Shown: positions 10,477 to 19,961 of the stretch, one piece after another | Layout of the letters: the number at the start of each line of letters is the position of its first letter | How positions within the stretch are numbered: position 1 is the first letter of the stretch | Origin: Candidatus Eiseniibacteriota bacterium | GTDB lineage: Bacteria; Eisenbacteria; RBG-16-71-46; SZUA-252 | Assembly (NCBI GenBank): GCA_031370645.1 | Contig: JANMQV010000152.1 | Coordinates: forward strand, 102,473 to 166,472 | Reading direction: 5' to 3' | DNA length: 64,000 nt | Notes under the pieces: generated by a model | Database searches by the model: none | What the model was told of the DNA's origin: nothing | Seen by the model: the letters and a program-made list of their open reading frames with translations, nothing else | Position numbers and translations under genes: made by a program

Positions 10477-11799
10477 CTACCTCCCTCCGCCCGAGCGGCC
10501 GCCGCCGGTGTTACCGCCGCGCTGACCGCCACCGCCGGGTGCCGGCTGGAACGGATTCGTCGTCTGTTTCTTTCCGTTATCCACTACTTCCTGTCCCACG
10601 ACGACCATGGCGCCCTCGTCCAACGAGCCCGGAAGGAGTTCGGTAAGCGTGCCGTCGGTGATCCCGACGCGAACGTGGACCGCCTTGGGCGCCTTCTTGC
10701 CGCTCGAATCGGCGAGCACGTAGACCGTAGCGGGGCGACCGGGGCGAGCTTCGCGCATCGCGCGTCCGCCCTTGCCGCCGGCGCTCGTGTCGGCGCCGGC
10801 GCCACCGCCACCGCGGCCCGCTCGCGCCCCACGACCACTCGTGCCTTCCGCCATACCGGCGCCGCTACCACCACCACCGCCGGCCCGCGCATTGAGCGGC
10901 CGGAAGCGGAGCGCGGCGTTCGGCACCTTCAACGCCTCAGGCCGCGACGCCGAAACGATCGTCACGTTTGCCGTCATCCCGGGGAGAAGTTTTGAATCAG
11001 CGTTCGGCACGCGCGAAACGACGATGTAGGAAACCACGCCCGCCTCGGTGATCGGCTCGGCGCGGATCTGGCGCACGTGTCCTTCGAACACGCGATCCGG
11101 AAACGCATCGACCGAGAAGGAGATTGGCATTCCGTCTTCCACCTGCCCGATGTCCGCTTCATCGACGCGCGACTCCAACTCCATCTCGGTCAGATCGCGC
11201 GCGAGCGTGAAGAGGTTCGGCGACTGCAAACTCGCCGCCACCGTCTGTCCGACATCGATATTCCGAGCGATCACCGTCCCCGAAATCGGAGCCGTGATCG
11301 TCGTGTTCGCCATGTTCACGCGCGCACGCTCGGCGGAAGCCTGGGCCTGACGGAGATCGGCGCGTCGCGAATCAACCAAAGCCTGCGCCGTTTCGAGATC
11401 GGTCTTCGCGATCAGTCCCTGCGCCATGAGGTCCTTCGCCCGCTTAAGACCGCGCTCCCCATCGGCCAGCTGCACCTTGGCTTTTTCGATCGCGGCATCG
11501 GCCTCGCCCCACGCCGCGCGGAACAATGAAGGTTCGATCTGCGCCAAGACCTGTCCCTTCTTCACGCGATCGTTGTAATCGACGTTCACCTTCGCCAGCG
11601 TTCCCGAAACCTGGCTCCCGACCTCCACCTGATCAACCGGATTGAGCGTCCCCGTGGCGGAGACCTGGCTCTGGATCGGCCCGCGCGAAACGGCCGCTTC
11701 CCGGTACTGCGCCGGTTTCGCTTTTCCGCGCCACGGACCGAACCAACCGACCGCTACCGCCACCCCGATGCACACCGCGATCCATGCGCCACGCTTCAT
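10477..11799 (-). CDS. MacA/HlyD-like efflux periplasmic adaptor subunit
   Basis: ATGTLNP..VEVGSQVSG, VKKGQVLAQI, ITAPISGTVI, GQTVAASLQSP, VDEADIG, LLPGMTA; Gly-rich insertions. Confidence 0.92.
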   Translation of the reverse strand: MKRGAWIAVCIGVAVAVGWFGPWRGKAKPAQYREAAVSRGPIQSQVSATGTLNPVDQVEVGSQVSGTLAKVNVDYNDRVKKGQVLAQIEPSLFRAAWGEADAAIEKAKVQLADGERGLKRAKDLMAQGLIAKTDLETAQALVDSRRADLRQAQASAERARVNMANTTITAPISGTVIARNIDVGQTVAASLQSPNLFTLARDLTEMELESRVDEADIGQVEDGMPISFSVDAFPDRVFEGHVRQIRAEPITEAGVVSYIVVSRVPNADSKLLPGMTANVTIVSASRPEALKVPNAALRFRPLNARAGGGGGSGAGMAEGTSGRGARAGRGGGGAGADTSAGGKGGRAMREARPGRPATVYVLADSSGKKAPKAVHVRVGITDGTLTELLPGSLDEGAMVVVGQEVVDNGKKQTTNPFQPAPGGGGQRGGNTGGGRSGGGR

Positions 11800-11848
11800 C
11801 CGGACCAAACTCCTCCATAGGGCCCGGAAATGGCGTCCGGGCGCACCC

Positions 11849-11878
11849 TTGACAGCCCCGGTAGGGGGCGGGTAACGT
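11849..11878 (+). promoter_or_regulatory. Putative sigma-70 promoter for the arcE-like/sucCD operon
   Basis: TTGACA (11849-11854), 18-nt spacer, TAACGT (11873-11878), in the divergent intergenic region. Confidence 0.5.
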
Positions 11879-12022
11879 CCATTGATTTCCTAGGATTTGA
11901 GAAACACCGACGTGCTTCGTCCGGGGCCGTCCTCGCCGTGGCGAGCGCCTCGAAGCTCCCGCCGCACCGATGCCGTGTCCGTACCCGGCGGCCCCCGGTC
12001 ACTTTCCACCTTTGAAGGAGGC

Positions 12023-13468
12023 ATGCCTCGAGTGAAACGGACACGTCGTGTGGTAATTATGGGCGCCGGTGGGCGCGATTTCCATAACTTCAATGTTTTC
12101 TTCAAGAACCGGGCGGAGTACGAGGTCGTGGCGTTCACCGCTTCGGCCCAAATTCCGGGGATCGACGACCGCCGCTACCCGCGTTCGCTCGCCGGCCCCC
12201 GGTACCCCAAGGGGATTCCGATCTACTCCGAGCAGGAGCTCCCGGAACTGATCCGCGACGAGAACGTCGACCTGGTGGTCTTCGCCTACAGCGACGTCTC
12301 GCACGAATACGTGATGCACAAGGCCTCCTGGGTGATGGGCATGGGCCCCGATTTCATGCTCATGGGCCCCGGCACCACCATGCTGAAGAGCAAAGTCCCG
12401 GTCGTCGCCGTGAACGCGGTTCGGACCGGCGCCGGGAAGAGCCAGACCACCCGGCGCGTTTGCGAGATCTTGAAGGCGATGGGGAAGAAGGTCGTCGCCA
12501 TCCGCCATCCGATGCCGTACGGCAATCTCGCCCACCAGGGAGTTCAGCGCTTCGCCACCTACGCCGATCTCGACCGTCACAAGTGCACCATCGAGGAGCG
12601 AGAAGAGTACGAACCGCATCTCGACCGCGGCACGATTGTCTACGCGGGCGTCGACTACGCCGAGATTCTCGCCAAGGCGGAGAAGGAAGCCGACGTCATC
12701 GTCTGGGACGGCGGCAACAACGACTTCTCCTTCTATAAGCCCGACCTTCAAGTCGTCGTGGCCGACCCGCATCGTCCCGGCCACGAGCGCACCTACCATC
12801 CCGGCGAAACGAACATTCGCTTAGCCGACGTCGTGGTCTTGAACAAGATCGACTCCTCCGATCCCGCGAACGTGGAGAAGGTTCGTGCCTCGGTGGCGCA
12901 GATCAATCCGAACGCCGTGATCGTTGACGCCGCGTCGCCGATTTCGGTCGATCGTCCCGAATTGATCAAGGGACATCGCGCGCTGGTCATCGAGGACGGC
13001 CCGACCCTGACGCACGGCGAAATGAAGTACGGCGCCGGCGTCATCGCCGCGAAGAAGCATGGTGCGCGCGAAATCGTCGATCCGCGCCCCTGGCTTGTCG
13101 GTTCGCTTCGGGACACGTTCAATCAGTACCCCAACATCGGCGCCTTGCTCCCGGCCATGGGGTACTCGAACGAACAGATTCGCGACATGGAGCGGACGGT
13201 GAACGCGACCGAATGCGACGTCGTCATCGTCGCGACGCCGATCGATCTCCGCCGCCTGATCAAGATCAAGCATCCGGCGGTCCGCGTCGGGTACGAATTG
13301 CAGGAAATAGGCACGCCCACGCTCCACGACGCCATCGCCGACGCGCTCGCGCGTCTCGGGAAGGGCCATGCACCCGCGCGGAAGGGCGCCCCGGCCACGA
13401 AGGCCGCGAAGGCCGCGAAGAAGGCTCCTGCCCGGAAGACTGCGAAGGCCACTCGGAGACGGAAATGA
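12023..13468 (+). CDS. Arginine synthetase ArcE-like P-loop ATPase (often annotated 'GTPase' or cyclic 2,3-diphosphoglycerate synthase-like), with a Lys/Ala-rich C-terminal tail
   Basis: GAAGGAGG RBS before ATG 12023; MGAGGRDFHNFN, AQIPGI..RRYP, AVRTGAGKSQT, IRHPMPYG, TIEEREEYEPH, WDGGNNDF, EDGPTLTHG, LPAMGY. Confidence 0.8.
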   Translation: MPRVKRTRRVVIMGAGGRDFHNFNVFFKNRAEYEVVAFTASAQIPGIDDRRYPRSLAGPRYPKGIPIYSEQELPELIRDENVDLVVFAYSDVSHEYVMHKASWVMGMGPDFMLMGPGTTMLKSKVPVVAVNAVRTGAGKSQTTRRVCEILKAMGKKVVAIRHPMPYGNLAHQGVQRFATYADLDRHKCTIEEREEYEPHLDRGTIVYAGVDYAEILAKAEKEADVIVWDGGNNDFSFYKPDLQVVVADPHRPGHERTYHPGETNIRLADVVVLNKIDSSDPANVEKVRASVAQINPNAVIVDAASPISVDRPELIKGHRALVIEDGPTLTHGEMKYGAGVIAAKKHGAREIVDPRPWLVGSLRDTFNQYPNIGALLPAMGYSNEQIRDMERTVNATECDVVIVATPIDLRRLIKIKHPAVRVGYELQEIGTPTLHDAIADALARLGKGHAPARKGAPATKAAKAAKKAPARKTAKATRRRK

Positions 13469-14601
13469 ACCTCCACGAATACCAGGGCAAGGACGTCTTC
13501 CGCGCGGGCGGCATTCCCGTTCCGCCGGGCGAGGTCGCGCGCACCGTCGAGGAGGCCGAGACGTTCGCAGCCCGACTCGGATTCCCGGTCGTGATCAAGG
13601 CACAGGTCTTGATCGGCGGCCGCGGCAAGGCGGGCGGCGTGAAGGTCGTGAAGAACGGCCAGGATTTCACGCGCGAAGCGGGGCGCATCCTCGGCATGGA
13701 CATCAAGGGACACGCGGTGCGGAAAATTCTCATCACGCCCGCGACCGCAATCGACAAGGAGTTCTACGCGGGGATCGTCCTCGACCGGAAGTACGAGACG
13801 CCGCTCCTCATGGTGAGCCCCGCCGGCGGCGTGGACATCGAGGACGTGGCGCGCCAGACGCCGGAGAAGATCCTTCGCCTCCACTTGGACGAGCGCGGGC
13901 TCCCGGCGTATCGGGCGCGGGCCGCGGCGCGGTTCCTCGATCCGCGCCCCAAGGTGCAGAAGCAACTCGCGAGCGTGATCTCCAAACTCGCGAAGGTCTA
14001 CTACAGCCGGGACTGCTCGCTCGCGGAGATCAACCCGCTCGTCGTGACGCCGTCGGAGGAGGTCTGGGCTCTCGACGCGAAGGTCGTCATCGACGACAAC
14101 GCGCTCGACCGTCACGCCGATCTCGCCGACATGCGCGATTTGGGCGCCGAGGATCCGGGCGAAGTCGAATCGCGCGAGAAGGGGCTCTCCTACGTGCGGC
14201 TCGAGGGCTCGATCGGCTGCGTGGTGAACGGCGCCGGGCTCGCCATGGCGACGATGGATCTCATCCAGTTCCACGGCGGGAAGCCGGCTAACTTCCTCGA
14301 CATCGGCGGCTCGTCGAATCCCGACAAGGTGACGGCGGCCATGAACATTCTCACGAGAGACCAGCGCGTTCGCGCGGTGCTCTTCAACATTTTCGGCGGC
14401 ATTACGCGCTGCGACGACGTGGCGCGCGGACTCCTCGCCGCGCTCGACCGGATCGGCACCAAGCTTCCGATCGTGATCCGGCTCACCGGCACGAACGAGA
14501 AGGAAGCGCGCGCGTTGCTGAGCGCGCGCGGCATGACGGCGTTGAGCGACATGGACGAGGCGGTTCGCTCGGTGATTGCGCGCGCGGCGGAGGCGGCGTG
14601 A
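13465..14601 (+). CDS. sucC: Succinate--CoA ligase beta subunit
   Basis: [64 protein letters not shown] overlap with upstream gene. Confidence 0.97.
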   Translation: MNLHEYQGKDVFRAGGIPVPPGEVARTVEEAETFAARLGFPVVIKAQVLIGGRGKAGGVKVVKNGQDFTREAGRILGMDIKGHAVRKILITPATAIDKEFYAGIVLDRKYETPLLMVSPAGGVDIEDVARQTPEKILRLHLDERGLPAYRARAAARFLDPRPKVQKQLASVISKLAKVYYSRDCSLAEINPLVVTPSEEVWALDAKVVIDDNALDRHADLADMRDLGAEDPGEVESREKGLSYVRLEGSIGCVVNGAGLAMATMDLIQFHGGKPANFLDIGGSSNPDKVTAAMNILTRDQRVRAVLFNIFGGITRCDDVARGLLAALDRIGTKLPIVIRLTGTNEKEARALLSARGMTALSDMDEAVRSVIARAAEAA

Positions 14602-15704
14602 GCATTTTCGTCGGACGCGATTCGCGCGTACTCGTGCAGGGAATCACCGGCCGCGACGGCTCGTTCCACGCGCGCGGCATGAAGGAATACGGCACCAAGG
14701 TCGTCGCGGGCGTCACCCCCGGCAAGGGCGGGACGAACCTCGACGGCATCCCGGTCTTCGACTCGGTGGACGAAGCGGTAGCTCGGACGAAGGCGAACGT
14801 CGCGGTGATCTACGTTCCGGCGCCGTTGGCGCAGGACGCGATCTACGAAGCGGTCGACGCCGAGATCCCGCTCGTCGTCTGCATCACCGAGGGAGTCCCG
14901 ATTCGCGACATGATCGAAGTCGCGAGCTATCTCCGCGGCAAGTCGACGCGCTTGATCGGCCCGAATTGCCCCGGCCTCATCACGCCGGGTCAGTGCAAGG
15001 TCGGCATCATGCCGGGCTTCATCCATGTGCCCGGCAGGATCGGGCTCGTGAGCCGAAGCGGAACGCTGACCTACGAAGTCGTCTGGCAGCTGACGCGCGC
15101 CAAGATGGGGCAGTCGACCTGTATCGGCATCGGCGGCGACCCGATCGTCGGCACGCGCTTCGTCGATACGCTCGCGCAGTTCGAGGCCGACGACGACACC
15201 GACGCGATCGTCTTGATCGGCGAAATCGGCGGAACCGACGAGGAAGACGCGGCGGCCCTGATCGAGAAGCACATCTCGAAGCCGGTCGTTGCCTTCATCG
15301 CGGGCCAGACCGCACCCGCCGGGAAGCGGATGGGACACGCCGGCGCCATCGTTTCGGGCGGGGCGGGAACGGCGGCGGAGAAGATGGCGCGCTTCGAGCG
15401 CGCGGGAGTGCCGGTGGCGAGGGTGCCGTCTGAGATCCCGGGGCTCGTCGCCGCGGCGCTCGCCAAGCGGGCGAAGAAGGCGGGGCTGAAGGTTGTCATG
15501 GGTGGGGTTGTGATGGGCGGAAAGGGCGTGAAGAAGAGCGCTCCCAAGTCCGCCGCGAGGCCGGTGAAGAAGCCGGCGAAGAAGCCGGCCAAGAAATCGG
15601 CTCCGAAAGCCGCGAAGCGCTCGGCGAAGCCGGCCGCGCGTAAATCCTCGCCGAAGAAGTCGGCATCCAAGAAGAAGGCCGTCGCGAAGAAGGGCCGGCA
15701 CTAG
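14598..15704 (+). CDS. sucD: Succinate--CoA ligase alpha subunit with a 79-aa Lys-rich C-terminal extension
   Basis: [48 protein letters not shown] (phospho-His); GTGA overlap with sucC. Confidence 0.97.
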   Translation: MSIFVGRDSRVLVQGITGRDGSFHARGMKEYGTKVVAGVTPGKGGTNLDGIPVFDSVDEAVARTKANVAVIYVPAPLAQDAIYEAVDAEIPLVVCITEGVPIRDMIEVASYLRGKSTRLIGPNCPGLITPGQCKVGIMPGFIHVPGRIGLVSRSGTLTYEVVWQLTRAKMGQSTCIGIGGDPIVGTRFVDTLAQFEADDDTDAIVLIGEIGGTDEEDAAALIEKHISKPVVAFIAGQTAPAGKRMGHAGAIVSGGAGTAAEKMARFERAGVPVARVPSEIPGLVAAALAKRAKKAGLKVVMGGVVMGGKGVKKSAPKSAARPVKKPAKKPAKKSAPKAAKRSAKPAARKSSPKKSASKKKAVAKKGRH

Positions 15705-15726
15705 CCCACGGCGATCGTGAAATCAT

Positions 15727-15763
15727 CGCCGCGGCCGGCCCGTCGCGCCGGCCGCGGCGTTTC
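15727..15763 (+). terminator. GC-rich hairpin between sucD and ndk (possible weak terminator or processing site)
   Basis: 13-bp perfect stem CGCCGCGGCCGGC/GCCGGCCGCGGCG with a 7-nt loop, followed by TTTC. Confidence 0.45.
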
Positions 15764-15799
15764 CTATCCCAACCAGGCGACGCCAACCGGAGGAATCCC

Positions 15800-16222
15800 G
15801 TGTCGATGCAAGAGACGCTGTTCATGATCAAGCCCGACGCCGTCAAGGGACGGAAGATCGGCCTCATCCTCGCCAAGATCGAAGAGGCGGGATTCGAGAT
15901 CGTCGAGATGCGCCAGGTTCGCCTGACGGCCGACCAGGCTCGCCGCTTCTATGCCGTGCACGAAGGAAAGCCGTTCCTGAACGAACTGGTCGCCTTCATG
16001 TCATCGGGTCCCGCCGTGCCGTGCCGCCTCCGCCGCGAGAACGCGGTGCTCGGCCTCCGCGAACTGATCGGCGCTACCGACCCGAAGGAAGCGAAGCCGG
16101 GCACGATCCGCGCGCTCTACGCCGAGAGCAAGGGGCTGAACGCGGTCCATGCCTCGGATTCACCGGAAAACGCTGCGATCGAAATCGAGTTCATGTTCGG
16201 GGCCGTAGGAGCCACTCGTTAG
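15800..16222 (+). CDS. ndk: Nucleoside-diphosphate kinase
   Basis: TLFMIKPDAV, FYAVHEGKPF, GATDP..A.PGTIR, NAVHASDS. Alternative start ATG 15806. Confidence 0.97.
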   Translation: MSMQETLFMIKPDAVKGRKIGLILAKIEEAGFEIVEMRQVRLTADQARRFYAVHEGKPFLNELVAFMSSGPAVPCRLRRENAVLGLRELIGATDPKEAKPGTIRALYAESKGLNAVHASDSPENAAIEIEFMFGAVGATR

Positions 16223-16249
16223 GCCCGGACTGACGCCGAGGAAGCCATT

Positions 16250-16735
16250 GTGAATATCGACCTAAGAGAACTCCCCGACGGCCTTTCCACCCTCGAACTC
16301 GAGCTTCCGGGCGAGGCGTTCGGGCTGGCCAAGACGGAAGTCGAGCTGGAGGGGCCGCTTCAGGTCCAACTGATCCTCGACAGGCGGGAGGACGAGATCT
16401 GGGTCCGGGGCAAAGCTCAGGGCGCGGCGCGGCAGGAGTGCTCCCGATGCCTGGTGGAATACGCCCAGAATCTCGAATTGGAGTTCGATGTCTTCTGTGC
16501 TAAGGTATCTAATCCCAACGTGGTGAGCCACAAGGCCGTAGACGAAGAGGATGGGGGCATTCACACCCACGACGGCCGGGTTCTCTCCATTGACGGCGAG
16601 ATCCGGGAGGCCGTGATTTTGGCGCTTCCGATGAAACCGCTCTGCCGGGAAGCCTGCGCGGGACTCTGTCCACGCTGCGGCGAAGATCTGAACCAGGGCC
16701 CTTGCCGCTGCGCACGCGCCGCGGCCGGGGGATGA
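16250..16735 (+). CDS. yceD: YceD/DUF177 family protein
   Basis: ECSRCL, LALPMKPLCREACAGLCPRCGEDLN; lies upstream of rpmF. Confidence 0.92.
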   Translation: MNIDLRELPDGLSTLELELPGEAFGLAKTEVELEGPLQVQLILDRREDEIWVRGKAQGAARQECSRCLVEYAQNLELEFDVFCAKVSNPNVVSHKAVDEEDGGIHTHDGRVLSIDGEIREAVILALPMKPLCREACAGLCPRCGEDLNQGPCRCARAAAGG

Positions 16736-16791
16736 GACGCGCCCGGACCGGCCCGGGACCAAGCGCGCCCCGCAACCAGAGGATGTAGCGA

Positions 16792-16983
16792 ATGGCAGTT
16801 CCCAAGCGACGCCACTCCAGCACCCGAGGCAAGAACCGCCGCACGAACTGGAAGTTGCGGAAGCCCTCGAGGTCGCTCTGCTCGCACTGCAGCCAGCCCA
16901 AGCTTCCGCATCGGGTCTGCGCGCACTGCGGTTATTACGCCGGCGAAGAGGTGATCGTTCAGGAGTCCGCCCGCACCGCGTAG
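16792..16983 (+). CDS. rpmF: 50S ribosomal protein L32 (zinc-ribbon form)
   Basis: MAVPKRRHS, CSHC...HRVCAHCGYY. Confidence 0.97.
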   Translation: MAVPKRRHSSTRGKNRRTNWKLRKPSRSLCSHCSQPKLPHRVCAHCGYYAGEEVIVQESARTA

Positions 16984-16996
16984 CCTCCCAACGACG

Positions 16997-18028
16997 ATGG
17001 ACCAGGGACGGAAGCGACCGGTCATCGGGGTGGACGCCATGGGCGGCGACCTCGCACCCCGCGTGAACATCCAAGGGGCGCTCGAGGCGATTGCCGAATC
17101 CGCGTCCGCGTTCGACGTGGTCTTGGTGGGCGACGAAACGGCCATCCGCGAAGAAGCGAAGCGGCTCGGCGTCACCGATCGGCTTCCGCGCGTCATTCAC
17201 GCGGCGGAGCAGGTCGAGATGTCCGAACACGCGGCGCAAGCCGTCCGGAAGAAGCGCGACTCCTCCATCGTCGTCTGCGCGCGTCTTCACAAAGCGGGCG
17301 AGGTCGACGCGATCGTCTCGGCCGGCAACACCGGTGCCGTCGTCGCGTCGGGTCTCTTCGAACTCGGACGCATCGAACAGATTCAGCGGCCCGCCATCGC
17401 CACCGTGCTTCCGACGCCTCAAGGAAACGTGGTGATCCTGGACGTCGGCGCCACCTCCGACTGCAAACCCGCCCACCTCGCCCAATTCGCCATCATGGGG
17501 AGCATCTACGCGCGGCTCGTTCTGAAGATCGAGAAGCCGCGGGTCGGGCTCCTGAACATCGGTGAAGAGGCAGAAAAAGGGAGCGAGCTCTACTACGAGG
17601 CGCATCAGCTCCTCAAGCGGAGCCCGGTCCACTTCGTCGGAAACATCGAAGGGCGTGAAGTCATTCTCGGCACCGCCGACGTCGTCGTCTGCGACGGCTT
17701 CGTCGGCAACGTGTTGCTCAAATTCGCGGAGAGCGTCATTCCGAGCATTTCGACGATGATCAAGGACGAGATCGCGGCCCATCCGCTGAGCGCCATGGCC
17801 GGGCTTCTTCTAAAGCCGGCGTTCCGGCGCTTGAAGCGGAAGCTCGACTATGCAGAGGTCGGCGGCGCTCCTCTTCTCGGCGTGGCCGGCACCTGCATCA
17901 TCGCGCACGGCCGTTCCAACGTCCGCGCCATCAAGAACGCCATCAAAGTGGCGGCGCGCTGCGCCGAGGCGCGCGTGGCCGACTCCATTCGCGATCAGTT
18001 GCGAGGACTGGAGCCGCAAGCCGCATGA
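16997..18028 (+). CDS. plsX: Phosphate acyltransferase PlsX
   Basis: VDAMGGD, SAGNTGA, LDVGA, LLNIGEE, GNIEG, DGFVGN, GGAPLLGV, HGRS. Confidence 0.97.
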   Translation: MDQGRKRPVIGVDAMGGDLAPRVNIQGALEAIAESASAFDVVLVGDETAIREEAKRLGVTDRLPRVIHAAEQVEMSEHAAQAVRKKRDSSIVVCARLHKAGEVDAIVSAGNTGAVVASGLFELGRIEQIQRPAIATVLPTPQGNVVILDVGATSDCKPAHLAQFAIMGSIYARLVLKIEKPRVGLLNIGEEAEKGSELYYEAHQLLKRSPVHFVGNIEGREVILGTADVVVCDGFVGNVLLKFAESVIPSISTMIKDEIAAHPLSAMAGLLLKPAFRRLKRKLDYAEVGGAPLLGVAGTCIIAHGRSNVRAIKNAIKVAARCAEARVADSIRDQLRGLEPQAA

Positions 18029-19017
18029 TCGCACCCGCCCGCGACGTCCACATCATCGGCACCGGCTCCTACACACCGTCGCACGTGCTCACAAACAAGG
18101 ATCTCGAGGCGATCGTCGATACGTCGGACGAGTGGATCGTCTCCCGCACCGGCATCCGCGAACGCCGCATTTCCGATCCGAAGACGCCTTCCTCGTTCCT
18201 TGCGTCCGAGGCGGCGAAGCGCGCCCTCGCCGACGCCGGCGTTGCTCCCATGGAGCTCGATCAGATCATTGTTGGAACCGTGACGGGCGATCGCATTTTC
18301 CCCTCGACGGCTTGCCGCGTGCAGGACGACCTCGGAGCGAAGAACGCGCACGCCTTCGACGTCTCCGCCGCGTGCGCTGGATTTCTCTACGGACTCTCGG
18401 TCGGGCGCGACTCCATTCGCTCGGGCTCGGCGAACACGGTGCTCGTGGTGGGTGTGGAGACGTTGAGCAAGATCGTCAACTGGACGGACCGAAACACCTG
18501 TGTGCTCTTCGGCGACGCCGCGGGCGCGGTGGTGCTTCGCTCCACGGGACAATCGGGCGGCATTCTCGCGACACGGGTCCATAGCGACGGCTCGCTCGTC
18601 CATCTTCTCGAGATGCCGGCGGGCGGATCGCTGATGCCGCCGTCGCATCAAACGGTCGAGGCGCGGCTCCACACGATCCACATGAGCGGGAACGACGTCT
18701 TCAAGCACGCGGTGCGCGCCATGCAGTCGGTCGCGATCGAGACGCTGGAAGCGGCTGGACGCACGGCGGAGGATCTGACGCTCCTCGTGCCGCATCAGGC
18801 GAATCTTCGAATCGTCGAGGCCACCGCCCACCGGCTCGGCGTGCCGATGGAAAAGGTCTTCGTGAATCTCGAGAAGTACGGCAACACCTCGTCGGCCTCG
18901 ATTCCCTTGGCACTCGATGAAGCGCGTCGCTCGGGGCGAATCAAGGCGGGCGACCTGGTGGCGATGGTCACGTTCGGAGGCGGCTTCACGTGGGCCTCGG
19001 CGGTGGTGGAATGGTGA
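18025..19017 (+). CDS. fabH: Beta-ketoacyl-ACP synthase III
   Basis: DTSDEWI..RTGI.ERR, AACAGF, LFGDAAGA, PHQAN, GNTSSAS. Confidence 0.97.
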   Translation: MIAPARDVHIIGTGSYTPSHVLTNKDLEAIVDTSDEWIVSRTGIRERRISDPKTPSSFLASEAAKRALADAGVAPMELDQIIVGTVTGDRIFPSTACRVQDDLGAKNAHAFDVSAACAGFLYGLSVGRDSIRSGSANTVLVVGVETLSKIVNWTDRNTCVLFGDAAGAVVLRSTGQSGGILATRVHSDGSLVHLLEMPAGGSLMPPSHQTVEARLHTIHMSGNDVFKHAVRAMQSVAIETLEAAGRTAEDLTLLVPHQANLRIVEATAHRLGVPMEKVFVNLEKYGNTSSASIPLALDEARRSGRIKAGDLVAMVTFGGGFTWASAVVEW

Positions 19018-19961
19018 GCGCCGCGGCCGCGTTTCTATTCCCGGGGCAGGGTTCGCAGGCGGTCGGCATGGGGAAGGCGCTCGCCGAGCGCTATCCCGAA
19101 GCGCGCGCCGTCTTCGCGGAGGCCGATCAGGTACTGGGATTCGCGCTCTCGACGCTCTGCTTCGAAGGGCCGGTCGAGGAATTGACGCAGACGCAGAACA
19201 CGCAGCCGGCGCTCCTCGTCACGAGTGTCGCGGCCTACCGCGTCCTCGAAGCGCGCGGGGTGCGGCCTTCGTGCGCGGCGGGGCATAGCGCGGGCGAATA
19301 CGCGGCGCACGTCGCGGCGGGCTCGCTCACGTTCGCCGACGGATTACGACTGATTCGCCGGCGCGGGGAGGCGATGGCGGGCGCGGGTTCCACTCGCCCG
19401 GGCTCGATGATGGCGATTCTCGGACTGACGGGGGAGCAGATCGACGAGGTGCTTCGCGCGGTGAATCTCCCGCGGGATCTCGCGGCCGCGAACTACAACT
19501 CGCCGGGGCAGGTCGTCCTGTCGGGGACGCCGGAGGCGCTGTTGCGAGCCGGTGAGGAGGCGAAGAAACTCGGCGCGAAGAAAGTGATCCCGCTCCAGGT
19601 GAGCGCGGCGTTTCACTCGCCGCTCATGGAGACCGCGGTCGCGTCGCTCAACGAAGCGCTCGACGCCGTGCCGATCGCGAAGGCCGCCTTCCCGGTCTAC
19701 GCGAACGTCTCGGCTGAGCCGGTCAGCGATCCGGAGGCGATCCGCTCCACGCTTCGCGCGCAGTTGCTCGGGGCGGTTCGCTGGGAGCAGACGCTTCGCG
19801 CCATGATCGCGACGGGCGTCCGTTCGTTCGTCGAAGTCGGGCACGGGAAGATCCTTCGCGGGCTCGTGCGCGGCGTGGACAAGGAAGCGACCCTTTTTGG
19901 ATCGGACGAGCCGGAGACGCTCGAAGCGGCCGCCCAGGCGCTGGCGGGAGCCCACGCGTGA
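19011..19961 (+). CDS. fabD: Malonyl-CoA:ACP transacylase
   Basis: FPGQGSQ, TQPAL, GHSAGEY, ANYNSPGQ.V.SG, VSAAFHS; ATG 19011. Confidence 0.96.
   Translation: MVSAAAAFLFPGQGSQAVGMGKALAERYPEARAVFAEADQVLGFALSTLCFEGPVEELTQTQNTQPALLVTSVAAYRVLEARGVRPSCAAGHSAGEYAAHVAAGSLTFADGLRLIRRRGEAMAGAGSTRPGSMMAILGLTGEQIDEVLRAVNLPRDLAAANYNSPGQVVLSGTPEALLRAGEEAKKLGAKKVIPLQVSAAFHSPLMETAVASLNEALDAVPIAKAAFPVYANVSAEPVSDPEAIRSTLRAQLLGAVRWEQTLRAMIATGVRSFVEVGHGKILRGLVRGVDKEATLFGSDEPETLEAAAQALAGAHA

Noticed and set aside
12023-13468. Annotation as cyclic 2,3-diphosphoglycerate synthase
   Set aside because: No 2-phosphoglycerate kinase is adjacent, and the GRDFHNFN-type N-terminus fits the ArcE-like clade better. It remains a less likely alternative.
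13361-15704. Repetitive AAG/GCC/CCG DNA as a possible CRISPR or tandem array
   Set aside because: The repeats are codon-level reflections of Lys/Ala/Pro tails; there is no fixed repeat-spacer structure and no cas gene.
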